Assembly: GCA_030390025.1 (NCBI GenBank)
Contig: CM059427.1
Location: forward strand, 92,566,001-92,630,000
Origin: Squalus acanthias
Lineage: Eukaryota
DNA: 64,000 nt
Reading direction: 5' to 3'
The position numbers were made by a program, and so were the translations under genes. Position 1 is the stretch's first letter. The number at the start of each line of letters is the position of its first letter. Below, piece by piece: positions 62,955 to 64,000 of this stretch. The notes below the pieces were generated by a model. The model worked only from the letters and a program-made list of their open reading frames with translations, was not told the DNA's origin and did no database searches.

Positions 62955-63399
62955 TTCCATCTCCAAATGTTGGAGGTGATGAGCCCGGAGATAAAACTGA
63001 TTCAAAACAGGGCGGAGGTGGGGTGGTGGGGGGGAACACTGCCATTTGCTATCCATGATTCATCTTCTCTTTTGTTTCCATATCCAGAATCAGTGCCTAT
63101 CTCCTGCCAGTACTCTCACTCCATAACATACAAGGAGAACCACGATCAGAACCACAGTCTCCTTTACACCTGCTGTCCACGCTGATCTCTTTTCAATTAA
63201 CACAGTCTGTTTCCGGATAACAGAACTGGTCTTGCTCTCTCACTGTGCTGAAGAAGAGCTTGTAGATTGGCACATCAATGAGCAAACTCACCCTCTGAGG
63301 GCAGCTGTGTAAACCAGAGCTGCTCCATCTGTTTTCTACTTGCTCCACTGTGCTGACAACACATACGTTATACTTTGCTGTAACTCTGCTCTTTATGGC

Positions 63400-64000
63400 C
63401 ATGATGCGGAGATGCCGGTGTTGGACTGGGGTGGACAAAAATGAGAAGTCGCACAACACCAGGTTATAGTCCAACAGTTTTATTTGAAATCACGAGCTTT
63501 CGGAGCTCTGCTCCTTCGTCAGGTACAGTGAGGGAATACAAATCAGCAAAGCATATATAGACAGAGAACAATGTGTTTCTGACTGCCCTCCATCACACCT
63601 CGGCAGAGATACAATCAGTCAGGAAGGCATTACATCAAAGACACAGCAAAATGCAGCTGAGACAATGAGGTGGGGTCACAGGGGGTCCAACATGTCAAAT
63701 GCTGCTGTCTGCAGTTAAGCTTTTTACTTTTTTTTTAAACTGGAAATCACATCTGTGAACCAGACAACGACGTCGAGTCATGTCCTGTAGCGTGACATGA
63801 AACCGAGATCCCGGTTGAGGCCGTCCTCATGGGTGCGGAATTGGGCTATCAGTTTCTGCTCGATGATTTTGCGTTGTCGTGTGTCTCGAAGGCCGCCTTG
63901 GAGAATGCTTACCTGCAGATCCGAGGCTGAATGTCCTTGACTGCTGAAGTGTTCCCCGACTGGGAGGTAACAATCCTGCCTGGCGATTGTTGCGCGGTGT
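63400..64000 (-). mobile_element. 3' end of another Penelope copy (related subfamily), running off the window
   Basis: GIY-YIG C-terminus (...RTHEDGLNRDLGFMSRYRT*, stop at 63778-63780) plus the same terminal sequence as 49380-49480. Confidence 0.92.
63494..63523 (-). ncRNA. Minimal hammerhead ribozyme motif
   Basis: CUGACGA-AGGAGC-AGA-GCUCC-GAAA-GC-UC, with an intact core and a UC cleavage site. Confidence 0.75.

Overview
Eukaryotic, repeat-rich vertebrate DNA. The V-SINE, CR1, Penelope and Harbinger repertoire points to a cartilaginous fish (shark or ray); this is an inference. About 1-59,650 is a head-to-tail tandem array of a ~11.45 kb unit: five copies A-E, with A cut by the window start. 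Each unit carries one + strand gene with 8 coding exons that the ORF track misses because it is spliced. Splicing by hand (all GT-AG) gives a ~194 aa secreted protein: MKSFLLTIAAVQILHCSG|VPSPKDALRVSVLKLNEITETTNLCGITRRRVKD|IYRTGKLSYNVDLTFSVKETVCSKNSGLEFDDPSCHF(R/H)PKKTA|GNGFCKSRVEYFADEVVDIVV(E/Q)CRGLKTVDSNSDSSESSEDSIE|VEKKSKETSLEETSN|VKNKSKESSLEEPPN|MKSKSKELSLEESSN|EHNDDSRARH*. The N-terminal part is a cystatin/cathelin-fold domain that closely resembles secreted phosphoprotein 24 (SPP2). The C-terminal tail is built from three tandem-duplicated 45-nt phase-0 exons rich in S-x-E (Fam20C-type) motifs, an architecture reminiscent of SCPP mineralisation genes. All visible exons of all copies are open. 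The array records unequal crossing-over, gene conversion, a variable 31-bp intronic minisatellite, and several copy-specific insertions: a V-SINE, a CR1, a solo LTR, a palindromic Penelope with hammerhead ribozyme motifs, and a Harbinger-type element. All identifications come from reading the sequence and from recalled family features; no database search was run.
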